DNA of 64,000 nt from an uncultured delta proteobacterium (GTDB lineage: Bacteria; Desulfobacterota; Desulfobacteria; Desulfobacterales; Desulfatirhabdiaceae). Position numbers and translations under genes: made by a program. The first letter of the stretch is position 1. Each line of letters opens with the position of its first letter. The notes beneath the pieces are model-generated. The model saw nothing but the letters and a program-made list of their open reading frames with translations. It had not been told where the DNA came from and searched no databases. The stretch lies in NCBI GenBank assembly GCA_963789395.1, contig CAWBKP010000005.1:32001-96000 (forward strand), written 5' to 3'. Below, piece after piece: positions 31,813 to 41,152 of the stretch.

Positions 31813-32820
31813 GTGAGTATGCGCCTGAATCTATCCCAGGAATCACTCCGCCAACTGGCCGCGCGCTGGTCCCCTGCCCAGGAAGCCGGGCATCGGTTCA
31901 GAATTTACAGAGATACCAGTGATTATTTTCGTATCGATTACGGTGATGTCGTGATTCTAAACGACACGCCATATTTAATCCGCCATAACGCCAAGGAAGG
32001 ACGTTTCGGTCTTGACGACGAGGTTAAATTCTGGGTCAAACGCGCCATTGATTTAAGTTCCGGAGAGACAAAAATCATCAAACTGGTGTTCTACGAAAAT
32101 TTTATTGCCCGTATCGGCGATATTGAGTTTGAGTGTTTCCGCAGTCCCAAAAAAGAGGCTCGGATTCTCAATTTAATCAATAATCACGCAAATTTCATGC
32201 ATGGTTTTTCGGTTCGGGATGATCCGGGCAATGTCGTTCGCGTCCTCGATTTTATCTACGGCAGCACCATTGCCGATCATATCCGGGATCTGGCGTCCCG
32301 CATGGATCATCAAACGTATTTCCATCAGCATTTCCCCGAGATTCTGGACAATTATATCGAGTGCGTAGAAGCCATCCGTTTTCTGCACGAGCGCGGGGAA
32401 AAGCACGGGGATATCCGCAGGGACCACATACTGATGGACAGGGATACCGGCCGGTGCCGCTGGATTGACTTCGACTACAATTTCCGGCACCGGGAAAATA
32501 TATATGGCTATGATTTATTTGGTCTGGGAAATGTTTTTATGTATCTTGTCGGGATGGGCGATGTTCTGGTTCCGGACGTAAAAACAGCCGACCCTCAGGT
32601 TTTTGGCACATTAAGCGATGCAGATACCAACATTGTGTTCAACAACCGAATTGCAAACCTGAAAAAAATTTTCCCCTACATTCCGGAAAACCTGAACCGG
32701 ATTCTGATGCATTTTTCCAAGAGCGCAACTGTGTTTTACGACCACAACTTGCAACTTCTTGATGATTTGAATGAATTCAAGTCGAGTTTTTCGAACCGGA
32801 AGAGCGGAAATGGCCCCTGA
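31813..32820 (+). CDS. atypical Ser/Thr protein kinase-like protein
   Basis: GRFG loop, IIKLVF, HGDIRRDHIL catalytic loop, WIDFD, YDLFGLG; GAGGAGG RBS. Confidence 0.8.
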   Translation: MSMRLNLSQESLRQLAARWSPAQEAGHRFRIYRDTSDYFRIDYGDVVILNDTPYLIRHNAKEGRFGLDDEVKFWVKRAIDLSSGETKIIKLVFYENFIARIGDIEFECFRSPKKEARILNLINNHANFMHGFSVRDDPGNVVRVLDFIYGSTIADHIRDLASRMDHQTYFHQHFPEILDNYIECVEAIRFLHERGEKHGDIRRDHILMDRDTGRCRWIDFDYNFRHRENIYGYDLFGLGNVFMYLVGMGDVLVPDVKTADPQVFGTLSDADTNIVFNNRIANLKKIFPYIPENLNRILMHFSKSATVFYDHNLQLLDDLNEFKSSFSNRKSGNGP

Positions 32821-32920
32821 AGTGAATCAACACCTGTTGATCGCTGTGGATGTATCTGAAAATTCCCGCCGTTCGCTTCAGTATGTGGCAGGAATGCTGG
32901 GAGGGAAAGGGCTGGCTGTA
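32810..32920 (+). pseudogene. universal stress protein N-terminal fragment
   Basis: manual translation MAPEVNQHLLIAVDVSENSRRSLQYVAGMLGGKGLAV, then runs into the opposite-strand gene. Confidence 0.75.
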
Positions 32921-33391
32921 TTATGTCAGTTGTTCTGATTCAAACTGAAAACCGCATTGTCTAACAGAAATTTGATCCGTGGAATACGCAATCAATTCAT
33001 TATCGTATATTACCGAATTTAACCTGACTTCAAGCATCTGGAATGCGCCTATAATTCTTAACCGGCAGGTTTTTTGCATTTCTAATTCGAACGCGGTGCT
33101 TCTATCCGTCACGTAATAAATCCCGCACCCCTTTTTGTTGATATCAATCAAATGTCCAAGCAATACCGGGTGTCTCAATTCTTTCCCTGACAGCAACGCG
33201 TAAATACCGTTGCCGATCGGAAAACGATCCATCTTTCTTCTGTTCAAAGCGGGATATGGCTTCCGGACAGTATCCAGAATCGCACTGTTTTTCCTCATTA
33301 TTGCCAGCATATCACGCATAATGGGCTGCCTCCAAACTGCGTATGAATAATCAACCGGCAAAGTGATGCCGCCATGAACACTGGATTTCAA
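32921..33391 (-). CDS. PilZ-like domain protein (start uncertain)
   Basis: NRRKMDRFP (RxxxR), DINKKGCGI (D/NxxxxG), terminal CGFQF. Confidence 0.6.
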   Translation of the reverse strand: MKSSVHGGITLPVDYSYAVWRQPIMRDMLAIMRKNSAILDTVRKPYPALNRRKMDRFPIGNGIYALLSGKELRHPVLLGHLIDINKKGCGIYYVTDRSTAFELEMQKTCRLRIIGAFQMLEVRLNSVIYDNELIAYSTDQISVRQCGFQFESEQLT

Positions 33392-33395
33392 TCAA

Positions 33396-33731
33396 TCAAT
33401 AAACCTGCGGGTAGTATTTGACCCCTACGCCATATGTGTTGGATGATTCGGCAGGAAGCTTCCGGCACCATTTCACCTCTCCGAGTCTTACACTCGGCAA
33501 GGTCTCAAGATCCCTGCTGCTGGAAGCATCCACCCTGCAATACGCCACACGGAAGATGATCGCCGTTCCCTGAAAGAATGCCGTGTCGGATAAAAAACAG
33601 ATCCCATTTATGCAATGATCCACCAGTTGGGCTTGAATGGATTGTTTGGAATGAAAAAATGATACATGGACCGGAATCGGTATTTTACAGGCAATCCGTT
33701 TCTCACTCCGTTTATCGTCAGAGTCAGTCAT
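33396..33731 (-). CDS. PilZ domain protein
   Basis: KRSEKR, DHCINGICF, GEVKWC, YGVGVKY; alternative upstream start at 33830. Confidence 0.75.
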   Translation of the reverse strand: MTDSDDKRSEKRIACKIPIPVHVSFFHSKQSIQAQLVDHCINGICFLSDTAFFQGTAIIFRVAYCRVDASSSRDLETLPSVRLGEVKWCRKLPAESSNTYGVGVKYYPQVY

Positions 33732-33834
33732 TTTTCCTTTCCTCGTCTCAACCAGATAGGATGGAGGTAATTGACGCCCGAATTGTCCGATACCCCCCGA
33801 TTCGGGAAGAAACTCATACTGAGATGTCATTTTT

Positions 33835-34030
33835 TCACCCTCCATTTCCTGTTTGCAATTGTTTTTGGGGCGATTTGAGACAATAACAACGCCATTGACA
33901 GTCCTGACGATCGCAGTCTCCGCCTGCAGATCCAAAACAAACCGGATTCCCTTCTATACGCTGAATGCTCTGAATGATCCGCATCAAATCCGGAATATTA
34001 TCACCTGATCCCCGATGCATTCCGTCCATC
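33835..34030 (-). CDS. small Cys-rich protein (Rho-N/SAP-like family C-terminus)
   Basis: IQSIQRIEGNPVCFGSAGGDCDRQDCQWRCYCL; start uncertain. Confidence 0.6.
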
Positions 34031-34136
34031 GATATTGCTCTCCAAGATTTTCTGGGTAAGCTCAACGATATTAAACGCTTAACGCATTTTGATTGTTGAC
34101 TTCTACAGATATGACTATTGCCGTTTTATATTGTTT

Positions 34137-34199
34137 TGTCCATAGAGGGGGGACTTCATTCTGTCTGAGGAAATCTACCAGCCGGGAGTTTCTCCTATT
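34137..34199 (-). repeat. 63-bp promoter-like element, copy A
   Basis: 57/63 identical to 36819..36881; ends in TGGACA on the minus strand. Confidence 0.9.
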
Positions 34200-34235
34200 G
34201 GTTTATGGGAGAATCGATGTGGAGATAAATGGAAA

Positions 34236-34913
34236 TTATGCTTTCCAGAGGTCTATGTCAATCAGACCGATCTTGGCTGCATACCGCGCAAGGTCGATCA
34301 CACTGTGAATTTCGAGTTTTCGCATGATGCTGGAGCGATGATTTTCTGCTGTTTTGGGGCTGATGAAAAGTTTATCGGCAATCTGTTTTGAGGTCAATCC
34401 TTCAGCCAGCATCACCAGCACTTCCTGCTCCCGAAGGGTCAGGGTGTCATACCCTGAAGGATTTACAGCCGATCTCTTTGATGGCAAAGCGGCAAGCTTT
34501 TTTACCACCTGATGGGAAACCGAAGGGTCCATAAAATAGTCGCCTTTCAAAACATAGTCGATTCCCTGCATCAGCATCTCCGAGGCGGATTCCTTTACCA
34601 GATAACCGGTTGCGCCGGCCTGAAACGCCTTGACAATATAGTCGACCTTGGAATGCATACTGACAACCATCATGCTGATTTTAGGCGAAAAACGATATAT
34701 GTCCTTTATCAGTTCAATCCCGCTTTGATCTGGGAGGGACAAATCAATCAAGACCAGGTCCGGCTGGAGTTCCCGTAACAGTTGAAGTCCCTGAGCAGCA
34801 GTGCCGGCCTCTCCAACCACTTCATATCTGATGTTTTTCGCGATGATGGTTTTTATCCCTTCCCGGAAAAGCGGATGGTCATCAATAAGCAGGATACGTA
34901 TTTTCGGCGCCAT
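34236..34913 (-). CDS. NarL/FixJ-family response regulator (REC + LuxR HTH)
   Basis: LIDDHPLFREG, LIDLSLP, GYLVKE, LTLREQEVL...SPKTAENHR. Confidence 0.95.
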   Translation of the reverse strand: MAPKIRILLIDDHPLFREGIKTIIAKNIRYEVVGEAGTAAQGLQLLRELQPDLVLIDLSLPDQSGIELIKDIYRFSPKISMMVVSMHSKVDYIVKAFQAGATGYLVKESASEMLMQGIDYVLKGDYFMDPSVSHQVVKKLAALPSKRSAVNPSGYDTLTLREQEVLVMLAEGLTSKQIADKLFISPKTAENHRSSIMRKLEIHSVIDLARYAAKIGLIDIDLWKA

Positions 34914-35093
34914 GGTTTCCCCTGAAAATATACCTGAAGATATCGGAAATGAAACGATATTATCTTCGTATTCATTCCATATGGTTCTGTCAACACGAAA
35001 ATATGAAATCATTTTTTCTCCAGAACCGACCGCTGGACCCTACCAAACAAACCATCCGGGCAACCACTTTGGAAAAGATAGGATGTTTCACGC

Positions 35094-35127
35094 AAAAAAG
35101 GCATTCATTTTTCACATGAATGCCTTA
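35094..35127 (-). terminator. intrinsic terminator downstream of hsp20 and the csp remnant
   Basis: AGGCATTCAT/ATGAATGCCT stem with an A-run on + (U-tract on -). Confidence 0.7.
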
Positions 35128-35238
35128 AATCCGAGCTGGGAATCCATCAGAAAAAAATGGATAGTTTGAGCCCCAAAAAAACCGATTTCAACTTCGGCAC
35201 TTCATTTAAAAACCATGAAGACAGATGGGGAAGATTAA

Positions 35239-35312
35239 TTACAACCGGGTAACATTGGCTGCTGCCGGGCCTTTGGCGCCTTGCTCCAAATCAAATGACA
35301 CACGTTCGCCAT
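35239..35312 (-). pseudogene. cold-shock protein remnant with internal deletion
   Basis: GGAG RBS and ATG GCG AAC joined out of frame to GERVSFDLEQGAKGPAAANVTRL*. Confidence 0.8.
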
Positions 35313-35491
35313 GGTGTTTTTCTCCATTCAATCTGTTACGGTTCTTCACAAATACGTTAAAATGAGCAAATTGGTTCCGACTGGCATTTATTGCCGTAAT
35401 CGTCTCTCAATTCGATGTGCAATCATCGGGTCAGCCCATTTGATACCTGTAGACAAATACTGCCAGCGCTCAGGTTTACCGTCTATATGTG

Positions 35492-35938
35492 TTATTCGAT
35501 CTTGATCTGGATTTGTTTCGGTTTTTCTTCTTCAGGCTTGGGAATTTCAATTTCAAGGACCCCGTCTTTGAATGTGGCCTTGATGTTGTCCGGATTTATG
35601 GCTGAAGGCAGTGTAAACGCCCGGTAAAATGATCCGAAACTCCTTTCCTTCCTGAAATATTTGTCTTCATTCACTTCCTTGATTTCAACACGTTCCCCTT
35701 TCAGGGTCAGGACATTGTCCTTGACTTCAATGTTGACATCATCTTTTGTAACTCCGGGAAGTTCGGCATGGATGATAATTGAATCTGCCTTGTCATAGAT
35801 ATCCACGACAGGCTTCCATGCGCTCAAGGCAAAATCTTCATCCGCTACCGAACGGGGGAACGCATCGTGAAAGAGTCGATTGATGCTGTCCTGCAAACTG
35901 GCTACAGCGCCATACGGTTGCCATCTGACAAGTGCCAT
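35492..35938 (-). CDS. Hsp20/alpha-crystallin small heat shock protein
   Basis: AELPGV, ERSFGSFYRAFTLP, ATFKDGVLEI; AGGAGG RBS. Confidence 0.95.
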   Translation of the reverse strand: MALVRWQPYGAVASLQDSINRLFHDAFPRSVADEDFALSAWKPVVDIYDKADSIIIHAELPGVTKDDVNIEVKDNVLTLKGERVEIKEVNEDKYFRKERSFGSFYRAFTLPSAINPDNIKATFKDGVLEIEIPKPEEEKPKQIQIKIE

Positions 35939-36077
35939 AATTCACCTCCTAAAATTGTTGTGTTTATGTTGCCAATGCATAGGCACTGGCCGATTCAACC
36001 TGTAATTTCATGAATACAGCATCTTTTTTCGGATCACACGATATTCCAAAAAACGGAAAACACCCGACAACTCATTT

Positions 36078-36365
36078 TCAAAAAATGACTTTGACGATGT
36101 TGTTCAGAGTGCCGAAACAGTTCGGACACGTCCTTAAATTTTCAGGATCTTGCATCCATTCGCCATCCACCCAGAACTTGTATTCTATGTTTCCGGCCGG
36201 CAGTTTCTTTGTTTTTTTCCATTTTCCGTTTCCATCTCTTTTCATCGGATCGGCATCAGGATTCCAGTTGTTAAATTCTCCAACCAGAGAAACTTTCCCG
36301 ACATCCCCTGCTTGTAATGAAAACTGAATTGCTTTGGTATTCTGTTTCGAGTTGATTTTTCGCAT
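36078..36365 (-). CDS. stand-alone glycogen-binding CBM48 (isoamylase early-set/AMPK-beta-like) protein
   Basis: VSLVGEFNNW, GKWKK...LPAG..EYKFWVDGEW..DP, NCFGTLN; GGAGG RBS. Confidence 0.88.
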   Translation of the reverse strand: MRKINSKQNTKAIQFSLQAGDVGKVSLVGEFNNWNPDADPMKRDGNGKWKKTKKLPAGNIEYKFWVDGEWMQDPENLRTCPNCFGTLNNIVKVIF

Positions 36366-36406
36366 AACGATCCTCCTATGCTGACATACATTATTATGAT
36401 TTAATC

Positions 36407-36667
36407 TCAAATCCTTGTCCAGATACGAAATGAGAGAAAAATCATGATTGACCGGCGCTGCTTCATCCCCATGTACATGGTGGACACGGAACCATTTTCG
36501 TAAAAACCCGGGCAGATGAAGAGTTCCTCCCCACGGGGTTGCAAACATGGTCCGAATCGGGATTCCAGCAAATGAATTCTCCACCAAGAGAAACCTGTCA
36601 TTGCCTTGCCTGCTTCCAAAACATACATGATTTCTTTGGCTTTCTGGTCTGCACTGTCTTTTCGCAT
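36407..36667 (-). CDS. hypothetical protein
   Basis: GGAGG RBS before MRKDSADQK...; no family recognised. Confidence 0.45.
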   Translation of the reverse strand: MRKDSADQKAKEIMYVLEAGKAMTGFSWWRIHLLESRFGPCLQPRGEELFICPGFYENGSVSTMYMGMKQRRSIMIFLSFRIWTRI

Positions 36668-36818
36668 AATGATCCTCCAATACGGATATGAGCGGCATTG
36701 GTTTGCAAATTCGCTCTGGAGACAACATTGATCAGAATAAGAAAGATAATAAAGTCCAATAACTGGCGAACTCATGGCGGATTGATCATCTTATATATTA
36801 TGTCATTAGGGATTCAGA

Positions 36819-36881
36819 TGTCCATAGAGGGAGGACTTCATTTTGTCTGAGGGAATCTACCAGTCGGGAGTTTCCCCCATT
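36819..36881 (-). repeat. 63-bp promoter-like element, copy B
   Basis: 57/63 identical to 34137..34199; followed on the minus strand by a 16-bp spacer and CATAAT. Confidence 0.9.
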
Positions 36882-36910
36882 TATCTTACAGAAGGGTCGG
36901 GATGCGGGAT

Positions 36911-39668
36911 TTAATGTTTTCCAGGATCTGGACGATATGATTCTTCTTCAAAGGGGAGTTTGATAAATATCTTGGTGCCTTTCATCGGTTGAGACTGAAT
37001 TGTCATCTGGCCCTGAAGCAGGTTGACCCTTTCCTGCATGCTGCGAATGCCCATCCGTTTTGTGGCGGCGGATAAAAGTTCCTGCGCCTTCACATCAAAC
37101 CCCCTGCCATTGTCCTCGATGCGAAGGATGATGTTCGGGGATGATCCCAGCAGCAGGATGGTCGCCTGGTCGGCGTCCGCATGTTTGCGGATATTGCTCA
37201 GGCATTCTTGAATCAACCGGTAAATATGGATTTCCATATTTCTATCCAGATCTAATCGCAGAAATGCCGGCCGATTGAAAATCAACTGTTTATTTTCCGC
37301 TTTTCGGAAGCCTCCTCGCAATAGATCTCAAGCGCCTTCACCAGTCCCATTTCATCCAGGCCGGGAAGGCGCAGGTCATAGGCCAGATTCCTGACTGCCG
37401 CAATGGTCTGAGTCAACAGGCTGGAAAATGCTGCCAGTTTCTCCCGTAGCGCAGGGGATATCGATGGATAGATCATTATAAATCGTATCGCAGTTGATTT
37501 TCAGCACGGAAAGGTTCTGTGCGATACTGTCATGCAGTTCGCAGGAGATCAGATGCCGTTCATTTTCCTGCGCCTGAATCAGCAGATGAGAAAGTTCGTG
37601 GATCATTTCTTCGGCCTCGCTTGTGTTCGGTAATATCGAGGACAAACCGACCAGACTGCATACCGATCCATCGTATCGATAAACGAGCCTTGTGGAAGAT
37701 CACGTTGGCATGACACCGGCGCGCGTCCTGAACCTGCGAATCGTATACCTGGACACCTGGATTTTCCGAAGAGCTCGATATCCTGCCATGATAGATTTTG
37801 GCAATTCGGCAGGGCTGATATTAAACACAGCCTTTCCGATCAGGTGTTCCTTGCTTTTCCCGAAAAAGGTTTCAAAAGCCTTGTTGAAGCCAAGATATTG
37901 CCCCTGCCTGTCTTTATAAAAAACCGGAATCGGGATGGTTTCCAGCAGCATGCTCAGGGTAGCCTCGCTTTCTTTGCAAAGCATGCTCTGCTTTCCGCTG
38001 TGGCGTCATATCCCTTGCAATATGGATAAAGCCTGATATTATTCTCTTGTTCATCCATAAGAGGCGCGCTGAAGACATCCCAATAACGTTCATTCGGGTT
38101 TATCTCCCATATTCATGACGGTGCTTTCAATTTGACGGGTTTGTCCGGCTTTCAGCAGACGGGCAATCGTCACAAATCGGCATTTCGATGATAAAATATG
38201 CGATAGCAGCACTGGCCAATAATATGCCTCCATCAAAACATCAAACTCCTGGAGAACTGCCTTATTGACCCATATCAATTTCATCTCATTATCAATATAA
38301 TAAATCAGATCCGTAGTGGCGTCAAGAATCGTCCGTTTCTGAGCCTCGCTCTTAAAAAGCGCTTCCGCAGCCAGTTGCCGTTCGGTAACATCAAAGAGAA
38401 AGTTCAGCGTGGCGGGAAGACCCTTCCAGGTGATCACAACCCCTTTGTTTTCGATCCATTTCATTTCTCCGCCCTTGGTGACGATCCTCAGCAAATAGGT
38501 TTCGGGGACTTCTTCGCCGTTAAGCCTTCGCAGATGGTATGCCATGACCATTGACCGATCATCCGGATGCACGATTTCAATAAATGATCTGGAGGTCAAT
38601 TCCTGCTCTGAATAACCGGAAATGGATACGGCCCGAGGGTTAACCAGTTTAAGAACCCTGTCCTGGGTCACCACGATGCCTATCGGCGCGGTATTTACCA
38701 GCAGGCGGTATTTTTTTTCGCTCTCAACCAGCGCCTCCAGGGCCTCATGCTCCAGCGTGATGTCCCGCACAAAAACAGCGATTTTATCCACGTCGCCTTT
38801 TGAATTCAGAATCGGCTGAAGGTTATGCTGATATCGCCTTCCCATGCGGATATCCTGAAAATCAAGGGGATGACGCATGGAAAGGACTTCATCCAACCGA
38901 TCCATTCTCTATTTTGAGATACTTCAGGCGGCAAAAAGTCATAGATGTTCATGCCCGACCATGGCTTCTGCGTTCTGTCCCAGTCTTCGGGCGCCGGTTT
39001 TATTGATCATCAGCACCGTCCCCTTCCTGTCGAGCAGCATGGCCGACTCGGAGTTGGCGTCATTAAGGGCCTGAATCGTTTTGTTGCTCTCCAGAAGGGT
39101 GTTTTCCAGCCGCTTTCGCTCCGTAATGTCGGTCATCGTCGATCGAAGCTCGCCGACATCGCCGTGATCCGTCAGGATGGGGATGGTATCCATCTGGACA
39201 AAAAATTGCCCGCCATCTTTTCTGACAAATTCAAGCTCGCACGTATTTTTCTCCCGGGTCTTTAAAACGGTTTGGCAATGGATATAAAAAATATCCTGAA
39301 AATCCGGAAACACAAACTGGCCAAAGTTTTTCGAGATCAATTGACTTCTTGGAAAACCCAACAAATCCGCAGCAGTCAGATTGATCTCAAGGATGATCCC
39401 ACTTCGGGTTCATCGTAACATATCCGACCGGAGCCAAATCATAGAGTTCAAAATATCTGCATTGCGATATTTCGAGCCTGGCCTGGGTACTGCGAAGCTC
39501 ATCGTTCTGCATCTCAAGTTCGATCTGATGAATCTTGAGATTTTCGATCAATTCATGAAGATCTCCGATCGCAATTTCATCAAAGGACTGCGGGTTTTCT
39601 TTCAGGATGATCCTGGCCCGGTCTTGCAGTTTTTTAAATGCGGCTGTTTTTTCTTTATCCTTTTTCAT
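36911..39668 (-). CDS. multi-PAS sensor histidine kinase (HisKA_3/NarX type), split into at least seven ORF pieces
   Basis: IHQIELEMQNDELR, several PAS/PAC ends (DITERKR, DVTERQ), ELHDSIAQ H-box, ECLSNIRKHA, EDNGRGF, MGIRSMQER. Confidence 0.85.
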
Positions 39669-39728
39669 TGTGCCTCACATCATTATGGATCGGCATAAAA
39701 ACAAACGATGAATACAAAATTAAAGCTT

Positions 39729-40703
39729 TCAAGCACAGTGCCGATAGAGTTTTCCGGGAAAACGTTTGCCGAAAAAAACTTCCAGGTCTCTGGAACAGGC
39801 GGCGATTTTGGATAGATTCAAGCCGGTCTCGATATTGAGGGAAGACAAAAGATAAAGGGTGTCTTCCGTGGCGATGTTCCCGGCAGCACCTTGAATAAAG
39901 GGGCATCCGCCCATGCCGGCAAGGGCCGTATCAAAATGGGAAATTCCGCAGGACATGGCCGCCATGACATTCGCCAGCCCGAGCCCGCGGGTATCGTGAA
40001 GGTGCAGAATGACCGGCAGATTGCCGGCCACGGGTTTTACGGAGCAAAGAAGCTGGTGGACCGTCAGCGGCGTTGCCATGCCGGTGGTGTCGGCCAGACA
40101 GAGCATGTCTGCGCCGGCTGTCACCAGGTCTTTTGCCATGGCCGACAATCCGATCCTGGGAAATCGTTTCATCGTATCCGCTGCCAAAGGCGCACTGAAT
40201 GCCTGCCCGGACGTGCATTCCGCTGCCTTTTGGATAAGGCAACCATTTTCAGGCCCATTTTCAGGGCCGCATCCGTGCTCATGCCCGTATTGTTCAGGCT
40301 GTGCCGGTTGCTGGCGGATAAGGAAACCTCGATATGGGCCAGATTTGCGGAGATTGCCCGCTCCACTCCCGCCATGTTCAGCGCCAGCGCGCTGAAGGCA
40401 ACGCCAGGAATTCCGGGCAGCGCGGAAAGAAGCTTTTCCGCATCCGCCATCTGCGGCACCTTGCCGGGATGAACAAATGAAGCCACCTGTATGTGCTTGA
40501 ACCCGGCGTCAACCAGACGCATGATGATTTCAAGCTTCAGGGCGGTCGGAACGGTTTTTTCCTCGAACTGAAATCCGTCCCGAGGCCCTACCTCGATCAG
40601 CGTCACGTGTTTCGGAAACGCTTTGCAAAATACATCCCGAGAATCGGTCACTGCGGGCGACGTCCACAAACCGACTGCATGTTTCCATATTCATCATCTG
40701 CAT
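39729..40703 (-). CDS. hmgL: hydroxymethylglutaryl-CoA lyase; frameshifted
   Basis: EVGPRDGFQ, LADTTG, HLHDTRG, GGCPF...GNIATED. Confidence 0.88.
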
Positions 40704-41152
40704 TTTTCTCCTTTTTTTCGTCATATCACAGGCATTAGCGCCGCATAAAGACTAATTGCAATTTCCGGAGATAGTCAGACCGAGACCAAAGGAATCAACA
40801 GCTGAAAGCAATGATAAAAACCAATGCTTGAATTACCCATCCGTGACATTTGTCAACTTTCAGCGTTTTTTGCCTTTACAGGATCATTTTCCATTGACAG
40901 AGAAACGCTCTCTAACTTAAAACGAAACGACATGGAAACAACAGGTTCAATCCTGCAAACACCTGAAAATGCCAGCACATGCATTCTTTCCAACCTGTGG
41001 GACGGATCAGGGTCATTTTTGAATCGCCATCCAATGGCAAATCCCCTTTTCTCTTGCCATTATTACGCACATATGGTATCAAATTGAACAATTAAGATAT
41101 TTCAATATCACTGAAGCAGATTCATATTCACAATATCCAAAGGAGGACAAGA

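Noticed and set aside
35965..36000. CIRCE element upstream of hsp20
   Set aside because: The GCCAATGC/GCACTGGC inverted repeat does not match TTAGCACTC-N9-GAGTGCTAA in sequence or spacing.
30900..39700. Prophage, ICE or transposon origin of the accessory block; CRISPR array
   Set aside because: No integrase, transposase, att-like flanks or tRNA; the 63-bp element has only two copies separated by genes.
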